Shown in pieces: positions 13,738 through 29,728 of a stretch of DNA of 64,000 nt (positions are counted from its first letter, which is position 1; each line of letters begins with the position of its first letter). The stretch is taken from contig OZ024741.1 of the NCBI GenBank assembly GCA_964016885.1, positions 105,772,001 through 105,836,000 on the forward strand, in the 5' to 3' direction. Origin of the DNA: Eledone cirrhosa. Taxonomy: Eukaryota. The notes below the pieces were generated by a model. It worked only from the letters and a program-made list of their open reading frames with translations, did no database searches and had not been told where the DNA came from. Made by a program: the position numbers and the translations under genes.

Positions 13738-14230
13738 TTTATTAAAATAACAGATTAAAGTTTAAGCAAAGAATCGCTGCTTTCACCCTTAACGGGATCT
13801 TATGAAACTAAAAAAATTAATCTGTGAACGCAGAAGTAAATATTTCGAAAAACGTTGCAGCCGAAGGAAGAGCGGAAGACGATACTTTGGTTTGTGGAAA
13901 CGTTCTCTGGTAATGAACGGAAAAAACGAAGATAATACGTCATTATGTGGAACGATGAGAACAATTACACGCAAAGACAAAACCACGCTTATGGTATAAA
14001 TGAAGTCGTAGACTAAAATTCTATTTAGGAAACGGAATGATTCTCGGCTTCAGAGTTAAGAATAATGTAAATAAATTACAGAGGTAATTGAAATCAACAA
14101 AAATTAAATATATACATGCACGCATCCATATACGTACTTACACATGCATACGCAGAAACACCCGCCATGGGTATGCAAATACAGACACGTACACAAAAAA
14201 CACGCACATAGTCTTCAAATTTATTACTAT

Positions 14231-14235
<5 letters not shown>
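13738..14235 (-). mobile_element. Inverted copy of the Penelope terminal-repeat family seen at 22.2-24.0 kb
   Basis: attaaaataacagattaaagtttaagcaaagaatcg...gtcgtagactaa matches 22225-22502. It ends with the family 3' end tagtcttcaaatttatta.tattac before (TA)n. Confidence 0.8.
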
Positions 14236-14264
<29 letters not shown>

Positions 14265-14269
14265 GCATC

Positions 14270-14600
14270 TCCTACCGATTGGTTTTGCCCGTAAAAACTG
14301 TCCAGCTATTCTTTCCTGCGACATTACTGCTGTGATCTCTCAATTCGGAAAAGTAGTGGCTCTACCTGGAGTGACTCTCTAATATCCGAGCTACGAACTC
14401 TCTCGAGTAACTTTACTCCAAAGACCATTCGGAGGACCTACATTTCGGCCACTTGTATTCGCGATCGTATTCTTTTGGTCATTATCCAAAATTCATGACC
14501 ATAGGTAAGAGTTGGCACGAAAACAGAATTAAAGATGCTGAATCTGGCGCGCTACCGCACCAGCTCATGCAATTCTTGCACTTAATCCAGCCTCCTGCCT
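14270..14600 (-). mobile_element. RTE LINE 3' fragment
   Basis: Reverse complement resembles 19480-19720 (ctggattaagtgcaagaattgca...ccaactcttacctatggtcatgaattttgg...gttactcgagagagttcgtagctcg). Confidence 0.6.
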
Positions 14601-14745
14601 TCCATGACTCGCGAACATGGCCTTCGGATACTTTATAGTTTTGTCTAAATTATTCATCTTTTGATAACAACTGATGAAGTTCAAATGATTTAAAACAATA
14701 TATCAAAAATTCCTTATCTTTTGATGTTCCTGTGCAGAGTTAAAG

Positions 14746-15120
14746 TACAGGTGATCCCTATTTGAATCCAGTCATTGTTTGAGGCGCATGGTGAAGTTTA
14801 GCGTAACGTCTTTACCAACAGACCTAGGGATGGGTCTGATCTCCTTCCTGATGTTTTTCTTTAGTTCGGTGATGGTCCTGGGTTTGTTGATATATACCCT
14901 AATTTTCAGATAGCCCCAAAGAAATAAATCTGGGGACTTAAATCATGGTGTGTATGGGACCCACTGAAAATCAGTCTTCAAACTGATCACACGATTTCCA
15001 AAATTATTTTTCAGCCATACTCCCGACTCATTGGAGGTGTGAAGGCTTGCTCCGTGTTGCTGGAAACCAGAATTTATTTTATTACAGATGGGTACATGGT
15101 CTGTAGCTCCATTTTGAAGT
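14746..15120 (-). mobile_element. Tc1/mariner transposase remnant, DD41D (rosa)-type spacing
   Basis: FQQHGASLHTSN...QWVPYTP*FKSPDLFLWGYLKIRVYINKPRTITELK. There are 41 residues between the degenerate second D position and the last D. Ends at TA-CAGG. Confidence 0.75.
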
Positions 15121-16129
15121 CTTCCAGGACCCCCACCTAGCGTCCTTTGTGACTGAAGCAGTGTTGCCATTTTCTCCGAAGAAGAATGGGACAATCAACC
15201 CTCTGTTTTACTATTTCTCCCCTTTCTATATATCTTTCTCCTTTCCTTCTCTGTCAGTTGACACACTTGGAATAATTTTTTGTCCTATATTTGTGGAATT
15301 TGCCTAAAGGCATAACTTGTCTCTACTTGTTTCGATATGTCCCAATATGCACTTGAACGAATGGTTTCAACCTTTATAAATCGAAACTGTAGTGATTTCC
15401 AGAGGTTGACTGAGGAGAAGGGACTGTCCGTCTTTCCGTTGTTTTTCCATTGTATTTGTTGAGTACCCTATTTCATATATATACACATAATACATTTTTA
15501 TTTTCCACTTTAAAAGGCACTTTTACTCATTTATTATTTCTGATTAAATTGAAAATTGATTGATTAATTTATCGAAATTATCGATTAAATTCATTTCAAT
15601 AAAATTATTTTGATCCCTGCGAACTGTTTGCTTTTCCTTTCAATACATATCTATGTTCTGTAATGCTGCTTATTTTTCAATCGTGTCTCAGCATCCTCTT
15701 GTGGTGTGTGACCGATTGACTTGACTTCATATTTTCTTTCGTTTTGGTTCTATATTTTCATGTGAAATATTTATGTAATTAAGTAATAGATATATATCTT
15801 TGTACGTGTTAAATTTTGACAGCTATGACATTTGTGTTTGTAATTTCAAGCTATCTATATTGTCAACATATTTGTTTGAGAAAAAATGTGAACTTTGCTA
15901 TTATGTAATTTCATATATATCGTTTATTTCGATATAATAAATGATCAATAATCGTAAGAACACATGGAGCTTTCAATCATCTTGTTTAGTCAAAACTAAG
16001 TGGATATCCCCATTTATAAATCTTTGTGTATATATATGTGTGTTGTAAATATCCGTAAGTGTGAAAAGGGCAAAAGGAAAAATGTTCAATCAGGTATGAG
16101 AGCTAATATATTATATTGTATATTTATAT

Positions 16130-16945
16130 TCATACACGGAATAAAAGCGCTACCTAAGGTTTCAAGGCCTAATATTGACCATATTTTCAGATTGTAAGAG
16201 GGATCAAATTTGTGACCTATTCTTCAGGCGCTTAAATGAATTTGAAGATACCGTTAAAAATATAGCGCGTTAAAACGCTTGTTTACGAAATCGTTGTATA
16301 ACAAAGGGAAATAACTGAAGGCTGACAATTAAAGGAGAAAGGAGTCCCACATACTTGGAAGGTACTTGAAAGGTTCAGATCTTACTAATTGTACCAAGAG
16401 ATATCGTCTCTGTCTCAGTGAATAATTTAGGTTTGTCGTCTCCAAGCAATAATTATTTGACCTTAAAGAACGAAATTTTTAGATGATGTCTCTATCTCAA
16501 GAGCCAACTCCTTGCTATGTGGAAACACTCAACAAATTCAACTGATTTTCGACCACCTCAATTTGATTTATATACTTTCTTAATATCTTCTTTTTTCACA
16601 CTTACATAATACGGTACACCTTCTATACTACTCAATTCTATACCTTAATAAATATTAACATCTCTATATTACATGCTACCAAATAATACCATACATCTGT
16701 TATAGTGCACGCATACTCTTAGGCGTACACTTACTTTGATATTTCAAATTTACATCTTTGATTTATTTCCCTTTGTTATACAACGTTTCATAAACAAAAG
16801 TTTTAACGCGCTATATTATTAATGATATCTTCAAAATGATCTAAGCGCCTGAAAATAGGCCACAAATTTGATCATTCTTACAATCTGGCGGTATAGTTAA
16901 TATTGGTTCTTGAAAACTTAGGTAGCACTCGTATTCCGTGTATGA
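16130..16945 (+). mobile_element. Old Penelope remnant: inverted terminal repeats around a GIY-YIG C-terminal relic
   Basis: 16130-16315 is a diverged reverse complement of about 16763-16945. The spacer translates in pieces as TWKVLERFRSY..KRYRLCLSE..KNEIFR*C, like the PLE endonuclease C-terminus. Confidence 0.65.
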
Positions 16946-17189
16946 GAGAATGTCTCGCAGGGGGCGGATATCGATACGGTCACCAGATATGATGGTTAGT
17001 TACAATATAAGCGGGTAAATGCCGGACGAATAAGTAACCCCTGACCAACAGCAGTGAACTACTAAGGGAGATGGAGCAATGGGTGACACCCGTAGCTCCC
17101 AAGAAAACTCTTACAACCCAGTGACGTAGCTATGACGAGGCGAGTAAAGGCTGCCTCTAAAAAGCCTAGTCTTCGTGGGTTTGAGAAAG

Positions 17190-19740
17190 TATCAGATTGG
17201 TGACTGGCGCGAATAAGTCCACCAACACTGCAATATGGCGAGAGGAACGTAAACCTTTTGAAACCTGGAAGATCACAACTCTTACAGGTAAGGAGCAGGC
17301 ACTAATGCAGGAGGCTAGATGCTACCGGCTAGATATAGTCGGTGTTTCCTCAACACAGTTCCATGGCTCTGATACTGTAGATTTGGATGGAGGATGGAAA
17401 TCCCACTATTCAGGTGTGACGCCAGAAATGAGTGCACAGGCGGGAGTGGGGATACTCATAAGTCCCTGGCTGTCAGAATATGTTATAGATGGGATCCCAT
17501 TAGGAGGAAGGATTTGCCTCTTGAAGCTTAAGCTGAAAGATAGGTCTCTGTGAGTGGTGCAAGTTCATGCACCAAACAAGGAATCCGAATATAGTTCCAT
17601 CCTTGGGGAATTCACAGCAGTGTTAGATGTAGTTAAGACTAAATCGTATATCCTGATGGGAGACTTCAATACACATTTTGGCACTGATGACCTGACATGA
17701 AAAGGAGTGATTGGAAGGAACGGCGACTCCGATCTAAATACGAATGGCCTTATTAGACTTCTGTTCTAGCAATAGACTATCTATTATAAACAACTTCTTC
17801 CAATACAAAGACATCTATAAATATACGTGGCATAAGGGGAATTAGGGACAGAGATCAATTATTGATTTTGTTATTGTCTCTGATCTCTTCGATTTTGTAC
17901 TGGATGTTCGTATTAAGAGAGGGGCTGAGTCAACTGATCACCATCTAGTTATCTGCAACATGAGACTACCTAAAGCCAAAGAAGCCCACAAAACTGGTAG
18001 GTCCAGGGCGACCTACAGGATGAAGTGGGAAGCATTGGTGGATAAGAAAGTCAGGACCAGGTATGTAGATAATATTGCATCCAAATTTAGGGAACTCCCT
18101 GATCAAACTGAGGACGTTGAAACAGAGTGAAGATTGTTCAGTTCAGCAGTTTCTGCTTTAGATGTTGAATGTTGCGGGCGAAAAAGGCTTGGTGTGACGC
18201 CGGATGGCAAGAGGAATCCTTCGTCCAATCAAGAGGTCAAAGATGCCATCCGAGCAAAGAAGGCCTACAAAACTTAGCTTGGAAATAAATCCTCCTTCTT
18301 GCACTTGCGGTACAAGCAGACATGAAGAATCACAACAGGGACAGAAAAAGCATCCAAAGTTAAGACAGAAATAAAGTGTTCTGGTAGACCATCCGCCGAC
18401 TTCGTAATAAGAAGTCCTTCTCCACACATGCTATCAGGAACGTGTCAGGGGTTTTCCTCTCTTCAGAGAAGTACATCGTTGTGGGGTGGAGAGAATACTA
18501 AACACGATTACAATAGCCTCTTCTGGTGTACACGAGATGCATCTGGGAGCGGTGACTAATCTCTCGGCGGCTGAGGTCACAAGAATAGTTAAAGAGCTCA
18601 ATTGCGAAAATGCCGCCGGAGAATATGAAATCTGGTCCGAGATTTGAATAGAAAAGGTATTCTCTGGCTGACTAGTGCCTGCCGAGTGGCCTGGATCTCT
18701 GGAAAGGCACCCAAGCAATGACAATCGGAAGAGATAATCCCGATTTTAAAAAGGAGACAAGAAAGATTGTTCAAATTATAAAGAGATCTTGTTAATCCTC
18801 CCCGGTAAAGTCTATGCTTATTGTCTGACAAAGAGATGCAGAGAGATTATCACGTCCAAGCTAGCTGATGAATAATGCGGTCTTCGCCTCGGACGCAGCA
18901 CAGCCGATTAAATATTCACACTACAGCAGGTCTTCGAAAAATCGTGGGAATGTTGCCAAGAGGTATATTCTTGTTTTATAGACCTCGAAAAGGCATATGA
19001 CCGCGTTCCTCGAGATGTTCTGTGGAAGATTCTGCAGGAGTATGTGATCGATGGTCAGCTTCTTGCAGCCCTGATGTCTCTATACAAATGTCCAAGTATT
19101 TGTGTTCGGATAAATGGTGCTAAATCGAAACCATACAATGTGGGCGCCGGACTCCGCGAAGGGTCATCTCTCCGGGTCATTATTTTCTTTTAGCAGGATT
19201 GATATGCACAGCCGGGTTGAAAGTGGTATCACGGCTGGCAGGTGTCGGCTAGAATTTGCTGACGACATGGTATTACTTAACTCGATAGGTGATTTCCAGC
19301 TTTCACTCGATAGGTTTGATGTTGGGTGTTGCATGGCTGGAATGAAAATCAGTGCTGTGAAAACTGAGACACTCGTCCTCTTAAGGAAGCCTGCGCAGTG
19401 CATTTTACACGTGAATGGAGTTCCACTGAAACAGGTAGGGAAGTTCAAGTATCTCGGCGCCGTGTTCAAGACATGAGGCTGAATTAAATGCAAGAATTGC
19501 AGAAACTGGTGCAGTAATGCGCCAGCTTCAGCATTCGGTAACAAGAAGGGAGGTAGGTGTAAAAGCCAAACTTGTTATCTTCAATTCGGTATTCGTGCCA
19601 ACCCTTAGCTATGGTCAGAATCTTGTGTAATGACGGAAAGAATACGATCACGAATACATGCGGCCTAAACGGGGTTTTTGGAGTAACGTTACTCGATAGA
19701 GTGCGTAGCTCGCATATCAGAGAGTCTGTATGGAGTCCAA
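17190..19740 (+). mobile_element. Degenerate near-full-length RTE LINE (APE + RT)
   Basis: APE motifs LDIVGVSST, AQAGVGIL, LMGDFN and DHHLV. RT motifs DLEKAYDRVPR, FADD and FKYLG. Many stops and frameshifts. Confidence 0.88.
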
Positions 19741-19885
19741 GTATGCCCGAGGTCTCGGCGGCGACCGATTTGAAGAGGAAGCGGCCGGACAATCTACGGT
19801 ATTTGTTTATCTTCCTTTCCTCTGCAAAGCGGGCCGCTGTATCGGGGTTTGCGGCCGAAGCGACTAATTTAGAGGCGGGCGGTAG
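19738..19885 (-). mobile_element. Short fragment of an RLE-type (CRE-like) LINE C-terminus
   Basis: AARFAEERKINKYRRLSGRFLFKSVAAETSGILG matches the A(E)xxKxxKY...FxPxAxETxG pattern. Confidence 0.55.
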
Positions 19886-20371
19886 AGCGTCGGACAAAAT
19901 ACTTTGCAGTATTTAGTTGTAACTTCCAACATTCTGAATTCAAACCCGCCGAGGTCAGCTTTGCCTTTCATTCTTTTGGGGTCGATAATATATCGATATT
20001 TCTTAAAACATCTTGTACATATAAACACAATTTATATAATGAATATTATTTACAAAAGAATCTAATCTATAAAAATTAGTCGGAGAAAAAACAAAAAGGG
20101 GAAAAGAGATACACACTCAATTACACTCGACAACAGTGTTAACCTCTAAAACAGAGAAATCAACACTAAGTGTGTCAATCGGTCACATACCACGAGGGGT
20201 GCAGGAGCCTCTGGTTCAGTATTGGAGTCAATATAATCGACTTTCCCTCTTCCCACAAATTGCTGGCCTTGTGCCAACGTTAGAAAGAATTATTATAGAA
20301 TAACTGCAAAACCTTCCTTCTAAATAGTAACCCACATTCACTGCCATTCCTTACACACACACACAGACATA

Positions 20372-20449
<78 letters not shown>

Positions 20450-20845
20450 GTGTGTGTGTGCGTGCGCGTGTGTGTGTATGTATGTGTGTACACACACACA
20501 TGCACCACACATACAAACACTCACAAATAAACAGACGCGCACACAGACACACATACCGTTATCTACCTACCTCCATACACCAAGTACATGAGCTGTCTGG
20601 GAAGATAATGGGCACTGCCCCACCTCAACTGAACCAATAAACAAACAAATAAATAGATAAATAAATAAATAGATCGATGGAACTAGAAGTTTCTTTGGCA
20701 ATTCTTTAGTTGGTCACTGACGTATCTCTATTGATTTTGAAAAATATTCACAGATCAATAGAACCGCCGCCATTGAACCAAATATTCCCTTCCTCCCAAC
20801 TCTTTCAACATCTTCCACCTCACTACTTACTCATATTTGTTATAC

Positions 20846-21524
20846 TCCCCACACCACTTTCTCCTCTTTCACCACCTTCGTTTCTTCTTCTTCTTCTCAT
20901 TATTCGGTGGATTGGCAGTATCGGTAGAGGGTCGGATGCCATGCTTTGCAACACAGAGTTACGACCCTTTATGGTCTGAGTTCAAATCCCGCCGAGGTTA
21001 ACTTTGCCTTTCATCCTTATGGGGTCGATAAAATAAAATACCAGTCACGCACTGGGGTCGATTTAATTGACTTTCCCCTGCCCTAAAATTGCTGGCCTTG
21101 TGCCTATGTAAGAAACCATTATTATTATTGGCAGTATCGGTAGAGCGTCGGACAACATGCTTTGCGGTATATAGTTACGGCCCTTTGCGTTCTGAGTTCA
21201 AATCTCGCCGAGATTACCTTACGGGGTCGATAAAATAAAGTGCGTTACTGTAACGATTTAATATACTCCCCCCCCCCCCATAAATGGTTGGCCTTGTGCC
21301 TAAATCAGAAACCATTATCGGTAGTGGATTGGCAGTATCGGTAGAGGGTCGGACGCCATGCTTTGACGCAAAGAGTTACAGCCCTTTCCATTCTGTGTTC
21401 AAATCCCGCCGAGGTTAACTTTGCCTTTCATCCTCACGGGGTCGATAAAATAAAGTACCAGTAATACACTGGGATAATTGCTGGCCTTGTGGCAAAAGTA
21501 GAAACAATTATCGGTAGCAGCAGC

Positions 21525-21578
<54 letters not shown>

Positions 21579-21900
21579 TGTTGTTGTTGTAGTAGTAGTA
21601 GTTGTAGTACCAGTAACGCGCTGTGGTCGATCTAATAGACTTTCCCCTTCCCCCAAATTGTTGGCCCTGTGCCGAAATCAGAAAACAACATTATTATTGA
21701 TCGAGCGTTGGACAATATGCTTTGCGGCATATAGTTACGGCCTTTTACATTCTGAGTTCAAATCCCGTCGAGTTTAGCTTTGCCTTTCATTCTGACGAGA
21801 TCGATAAAATAAAGTACCAGTAACACACTGAGGTCGATTTAATCGACGTTCTCCTTCCTTTCAAATTGCTGGCCTTGTGCCTAAATCAGAAACAATTATT
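20846..21900 (+). mobile_element. Head-to-tail cluster of 4-5 tRNA-derived SINEs
   Basis: Repeated tggcagtatcggtagag (A-box-like), gagttcaaatccc (B box) and gcctttcatccttacggggtcgataaaataaagtaccag, with (ATT)n tails. One copy is interrupted by (GTA)n. Confidence 0.88.
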
Positions 21901-22120
21901 CTTCAGCTATTAATCGTTATGTTTTTTGGAATTAATCAGAACAATTGACGTCTTTAATAAAAAAGAAAAACAAAGAACTTGAATTAATTATTTGTATCAG
22001 TTTTGGCATTTACATTTTTTTAAAATTCTTTTATTGTCTGTTGTTTCTTTTATTTATTCATTTATTTATTTACACACACATATGTGTATGTGTGTATGTA
22101 TGTTGTTATTTCTGTTTACC

Positions 22121-23995
<1,875 letters not shown>

Positions 23996-24000
23996 TATAT

Positions 24001-24297
24001 GTTTAGAGCATTGCTTGCAATCGAAAGGTTGTGAGTTCAATTCTCAGACCGGGTGGTGTGTTGTTTCCTTGAGCAAGACACTTTATTTCACATTGCTCCA
24101 GTTTACTCAGTTATCATTCCACTGTAAAGTGGTCGTGGAGGTGCCACGGCAAAAAAGCACCCAGCACTCACTGTAAATGAGGTTGGTGTTAGGAAGGGCA
24201 TCCAGCTGTAGAAATCAAGCCAGAATCAGTTCCCGTCCCCCTCCTTGCAAGCAGGGAAAAGGGGACGTAAAATGAAATGATGATGATGATGATGATG

Positions 24298-24299
<2 letters not shown>
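24001..24299 (+). mobile_element. tRNA-derived SINE with RTE-type 3' tail
   Basis: gagttcaattc B box and a ccttgagcaagacactt central motif. The tail ggttggtgttaggaagggcatccagctgtagaaa...(GAT)n is shared with RTE 3' ends in this window. Confidence 0.75.
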
Positions 24300-24337
<38 letters not shown>

Positions 24338-25166
24338 ATATACACTTTGTTTCTTATGTTCCATCATCAGTATTTGTATTTTTATTGTCGTTTTTGTTCC
24401 AATATTTGTTTAGGTCTCTATAATAATACTTATATATGAATTAGACACAAGTGGCTGAACTCTTTTAATTGATCTCCCTTCGTTGGTACGTTATTTTTAT
24501 CAACTCATCATCTCTTTATCAACATATCATCATCATCTACATGCTGGCTGAATGGATTACTGTGACTCTCCCTCTCCCTCCACATCCTCACAGACATGAC
24601 TCTCCCTCACATTCCATCTTGGTTGTCCATTGATCGTGACTGGTTGTCAAGATTGCACTCAGCATCACCACATAGCTGTTTGGTGTAGGTTCTGTGAGAT
24701 CTGCCCATATTGGAATGCCCATACTTTGGTTTCTATAACACTACATCACTGACAATTTCACCCTTTGCTCTTCAACAGTGTCCTGTCAATCTGGTTTTTC
24801 TCTCTCAAATTGCAGTAGATGGCTATAAAGGTGGTATGAGAAATTGCAGATAGATGGCCGTAATAATGGTATGAGAGCTTGCAGGTAGATGGCTATAAAG
24901 TTGGTAAGAGAGATGGCCTTAATGTTTTTTTTTGTAAGGTGCTGCTGCCAAGATATGCTTAAAGCTGCTCTGTTTAGTGAGTGTCCTGTAGTGCACCTGT
25001 ACAACAGATTATTACATTTGGTAAAATTCTTACAAAATGTAGGAATCCCAAATGCTGAAAATATCTGTAACTACAGTCACAGAGAAATGAACTTTATATA
25101 TCTCTTCTGAAGTACGAAGTTCATTTCTTCGTCCAATAAATTAAATCATTATTTATAGCAATTGAA

Positions 25167-26095
25167 GGCGGTGGATTGGCAGTATCGGTAGAGGGCTTGA
25201 CGCCATGCTTTCCAGCATAGTTACGTCCCTTTATGATCTGAGTTCAAATCCCGGCGAGGTTGACTTTGCCTTTCATCCTTACGGGGTCGATAAAATAAAG
25301 TACCAGTAATGCACTGGGTAATTGCTGGCCTTGTGCCTAAAGTAGAAACAATTATTTATAGCAATTGACTGTGGTTACAGTTATTTTCTGCATATGAGAT
25401 TTCTACATTTTCTAAGAATTTCAACTGAATTTCAAATTCCAATAGTTTATTTTTAATACAGTAATATGAAAAACCATTTGCAATAAAAGCTGTTGTAAAA
25501 GCGAAATATATCTAAATATTGCAGAATGAATGTTGAAGGGAAGGAATTAATAAACATTTGCTTAGTTTTTTTTTTTTTTGCTGTAACTGGGTCAGTATTG
25601 ATTGAAACTGATTGGGTCAATGAGATACTCTAATGTTTCCCTTCATATAAAGTCAACAGGGAATTAAATAACAAACATTATTATTAGCATGGCAGTATCG
25701 GTAGAGGGTCGGACGCCATGCTTTGCAGCATAGAGTTACGGTCCTTTATGATCTGAGTTCAAATCCCGCCGAGGTTAACTTTGCCTTTCATTCTTACGGG
25801 GGTCAATAAAATGAAGTACCAGTCACGCACTGGGGTCTATTTTATCGACTTTCCCCTCCCCCCAAAATTGCTGGCCTTGTGCTTATATAAGAAACCATTA
25901 TTATTAGCATGGCAGTATCGGTAGAGGGTTGGACGCCATGCTTTGCAGCAAAGAGTTACAGCCCTTTATAATCTGAGTTCAAATCCCACTGAGGTTAACT
26001 TTGCCTTTCATCCTTACGGGGTCGATAAAATAAGGTACCAGTAATGCACTAGTTAATTGCTGGCTTTGTGCCAAAAGTAGAAACAATTATTATTA
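25167..26095 (+). mobile_element. Three tRNA-derived SINE copies (25167-25355, 25690-25905, 25910-26095)
   Basis: Same A/B-box head and gcctttcatccttacggggtcgataaaat core as the 20.8-21.9 kb cluster. Confidence 0.88.
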
Positions 26096-26987
26096 GCATG
26101 TAAGTAGCTGGTTAGTGGATGTTAAAGCTTCTCCAGTCACTCAGTTGATGGATTGTGCAGTAATATTGATCACAAGTTCTGGCTCATTTTGATTTCAAAG
26201 GATCAATAAACTGCTTTTTTACTTCCTGTTTTGTTTATTACATATTGTTTTCATAAAATAAACTATAAATTGACATTTTGTATATAAAATAAAAATAAAA
26301 ACAATATAATGAAATATGGAATAAACAGACCATGAGATAAAATATAAGTTAATCTTATTCACAAATATAATCTTCATTTGTATATAATAAATTCACTACC
26401 TCTTAACATAGTGTACAGGGTACAATTTATCATGGCATCAGCACTACCATTTTACAGAGTGTACAGGGTGCAATTTGTCTTGGCATCAGCATTAGAGAAG
26501 TTGTCATGTACATAGCAAGACTGAAGACTCCTCTATAACATGTATTGTCTCTATTCACTTGCCAACCACTCCACAATGTTTAAATACCCATCAATGTTTT
26601 AAATCAATAATCAGACTGGTATTCAAGCCCAAAACTCTAAAGCCAACTTATTTTTTCTCCCTCAATTATGTTGTCTAAGATTTTTATATAAAATGACTAA
26701 TACACAAGTCTTGTGTTGATTTCCACAGAGATAAGGAATTATTGGTCCAGAATAGTGAGAAGTAGTTTAGATATTGGTTGGCACCAGTTCTGAATGGGAA
26801 ATAATTTATAGAATTCTGTTTATTTATGTCATACTGGTCAAATAAACTTGTGATATATTGAATTTTGACTGCTCAGTATTAATGAAAATATTTTTGCAAA
26901 TGTATGTCTATATATACGTATATATACACACAGGCACACAGACACAGTCACACACACACACAGTCACACAGACACACACACACACAG

Positions 26988-27057
<70 letters not shown>

Positions 27058-27189
27058 TGTGTAACGTTCAGTTACTAATGATTCAGTAATTTGAGCACTC
27101 AATGCTAATATGTGGATTCAGCTATGTTTGCATAATCACCAGTTTTGGTATCCATAACAAAGCAGAAGTGAAGTATCAATATAACATCG

Positions 27190-27548
27190 ATATATGTTTT
27201 ATTCACATGTGACGTGCGTTTTGCAATCGATCTGCTCAAAGTACGATTAGTTATGATCACGCCTGACTCTGGAATCAGACTTATGGATTCTCAAATGATT
27301 GTAATTATCTCTACCACACAATTATATATATATATATATAAGGCATTGCCAACTCAGAATCTGTTGTAGTATCAGCATACATCTCTGGATTTCATTGTTG
27401 TGTGTTGGTAGGAACATTGTTTAGTCAGGTCAGCAAGAATCTACAAGTTTGATGAGCTATCGATTCTAGAGCCAAGCCCAATCATGACTGATTGTACTTT
27501 GAGCTGATTGATTCTGAAACATGCATCACATGTGAATAAAAAATATAT
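27190..27548. repeat. Diverged ~85-bp inverted repeat (old MITE or fold-back)
   Basis: tttattcacatgtga..tgc...gctcaaagtac.at.agt.atgat is reverse-complemented at about 27462-27548. Confidence 0.6.
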
Positions 27549-27643
27549 TGCTACTTTGTTCTTGCTTCCTATTATATATATCTGTGTGTGTGTGAGTATA
27601 TAATAATATATATATGTATATATGTATATATATATATATATAT

Positions 27644-28908
27644 TGGTCGTTTTGGAAGCCTCAACAATGCAGATTGGTAAGTCTCCGAGTAACAGGATCC
27701 AGTGGTGAAGAGAGAGATGTAAGGGAATGTAGAATGAGATGTATAGTGGGTAGAGGAAAGTAGGAAAGAGCATAAAAAAAATAATAATAACACGAAATAG
27801 AGTTACCTTGGGAGAGATTTAATTGTCCCTATATTTCGGATTCACATCCATCAACTGGGGGTTTTCCGGGGAGCAGAAAGTTATCTGTCGGAGAGGAACG
27901 GTACGTGTCCTCTGCTGTTCGCTGTTTGTGACTAACTGAGGTAATCTGCAGATCGCACGTGCGCGTGGAATAGGTGCGGTCAAGCAAAGGTCGAAGCAGT
28001 TTTTTTAATTGTGGGAGTGGGATGGTGTTAGCTGTCAATTCATTGTACTATTTATCTGTGCTAGTATTTGGTACTAGCAGTGTAGTATAGTCGTATGGTA
28101 GTAGTCTGCCTGGTCGGTGGATGGTGGCGGTGCTATACACACAATAACAATAGTTCGAATGCCACTGTGTATGTGCGTGTGTTGTTGTCTCGTTTGTTTA
28201 CACCAACCACCTCATCTCGCTTCTCTCGGATCGGAAGCGAGATACCGATCCGAGAGAAGCGAGATGAGGTGGTTGGTGTAAACAAACGAGACAACAACAC
28301 ACGCACATACACAGTGGCATTCGAATGATTGTTATTGTGTGTGTAGCATCGCCACCTTCCACCGACCAACAAGCGACCAGGCAGACTACTACCATACGAC
28401 TATACTACACTGCTAGTACCAAATACTAGCACAGATAAATAGTACAATGAATTGACAGCTAACGCCATCCCACTCCCACAATTAAAAGAACTGCTTCGAC
28501 CTTTGCTTGACCGCACCTATTCCACGCGCACGTGCGATCTGCAGATTACCTCAGTTAGTCACAAACAGCGAACAGCAAAGGACACGTACCGTTCCTCTCC
28601 GACAGATAACTTTTCGCCCCCCCCCCCCCCCCCCAGTTGATGGATGCGAATCCGAAATATAGGGACAATTAACTCTCTCCCAAGGTAACTCTATCTCATA
28701 TTATTATTTTTATTTTTTACGCTCTTTCCTACTTTCCTCTACCCACTATACATCTCATTCTACATTCCCTTACCTCTCTCTCTTCACCACTGGATCCTGT
28801 TACTCGGAGACTTACCCATCTGCATTGTTGAGGCTTCCAAAACGGCCAAAAGAAAATAAATCTTATTATTCCACAATGCTTCAAGCAAACTCCAATACTC
28901 TCTTATAT
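27644..28908. mobile_element. 1.26-kb near-perfect palindromic insertion in (TA)n
   Basis: Arms of about 590 and 665 bp meet at ctcggatcgg-aagcgagata-ccgatccgag (about 28224-28253). The ORF track shows mirror ORFs on both strands. Confidence 0.92.
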
Positions 28909-29142
28909 ATATGCAAGAATAATATTAAGAAAGATGCTGACATATGTCAGCTGCGCACACGAGTAGAAGGATATGTTTTTGCCTGCAGCATATCACAAAA
29001 TTGGATTTTCATCTGAAGATACCGTTCTCATAACAACAACAAATGCATAAATTACCTCTTGGATTGCATAAGTGAACCGTTGAAATAATTATTATGAATA
29101 AACTATTTATGTAACATCAGCATCTTTCTTAATCTTATTCTT

Positions 29143-29334
29143 ATAATTGTTTCTACTTTTGGCACAAGGCCAGCAATTACTCAGTGCATTACTGGTACTT
29201 TATTTTATCGACCCCCGTAAGGATGAAAGGCAAAGTTAGCCTCGGTGGGATTTGAACTCAGAATGGCAAGGGCCGTAACTCTATGCATCAAAGCATGGCG
29301 TCTGACCCTCTACCGATACTGCCAATCCACCGCC
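29143..29334 (-). mobile_element. tRNA-derived SINE
   Basis: Reverse complement of the SINE family at 25167. Confidence 0.88.
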
Positions 29335-29456
29335 CTTGTTATTCTTATAATGAATCTCCATCATGACTACAAACTACGAATGTTGAAAGCATTCTCCTGC
29401 TTGCTCCTGTTTTTACCAAAACAATTTCTACTGAACACACACACACACACACACAC

Positions 29457-29512
<56 letters not shown>

Positions 29513-29728
29513 GTTAAAGATGTACATCCATATATGTATACTGAAATACTAGTATGTATATGAATACACACACGTATACATATGTAGATGTACCAAGTTT
29601 TTTCACTGGTCACTTTACTGTGAGTGGCCAGCTATTCTGTATGTAAACACACAGACAAACCGGTTTTTAGAGTCATACTGGTTTTTGAGGAAACACCTTT
29701 CCTCTATTCTCCAGAAAGCCAGACAAGG

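Noticed and set aside
16145-16200. Hammerhead in the old Penelope inverted repeat (GAAA-CCTTAGG-TA)
   Set aside because: The core is degenerate in both arms (CTGAAAA, CTGGCGG) and there is no stem I.
20850-21000. tRNA genes
   Set aside because: The A/B boxes belong to multi-copy SINE heads with no complete cloverleaf.
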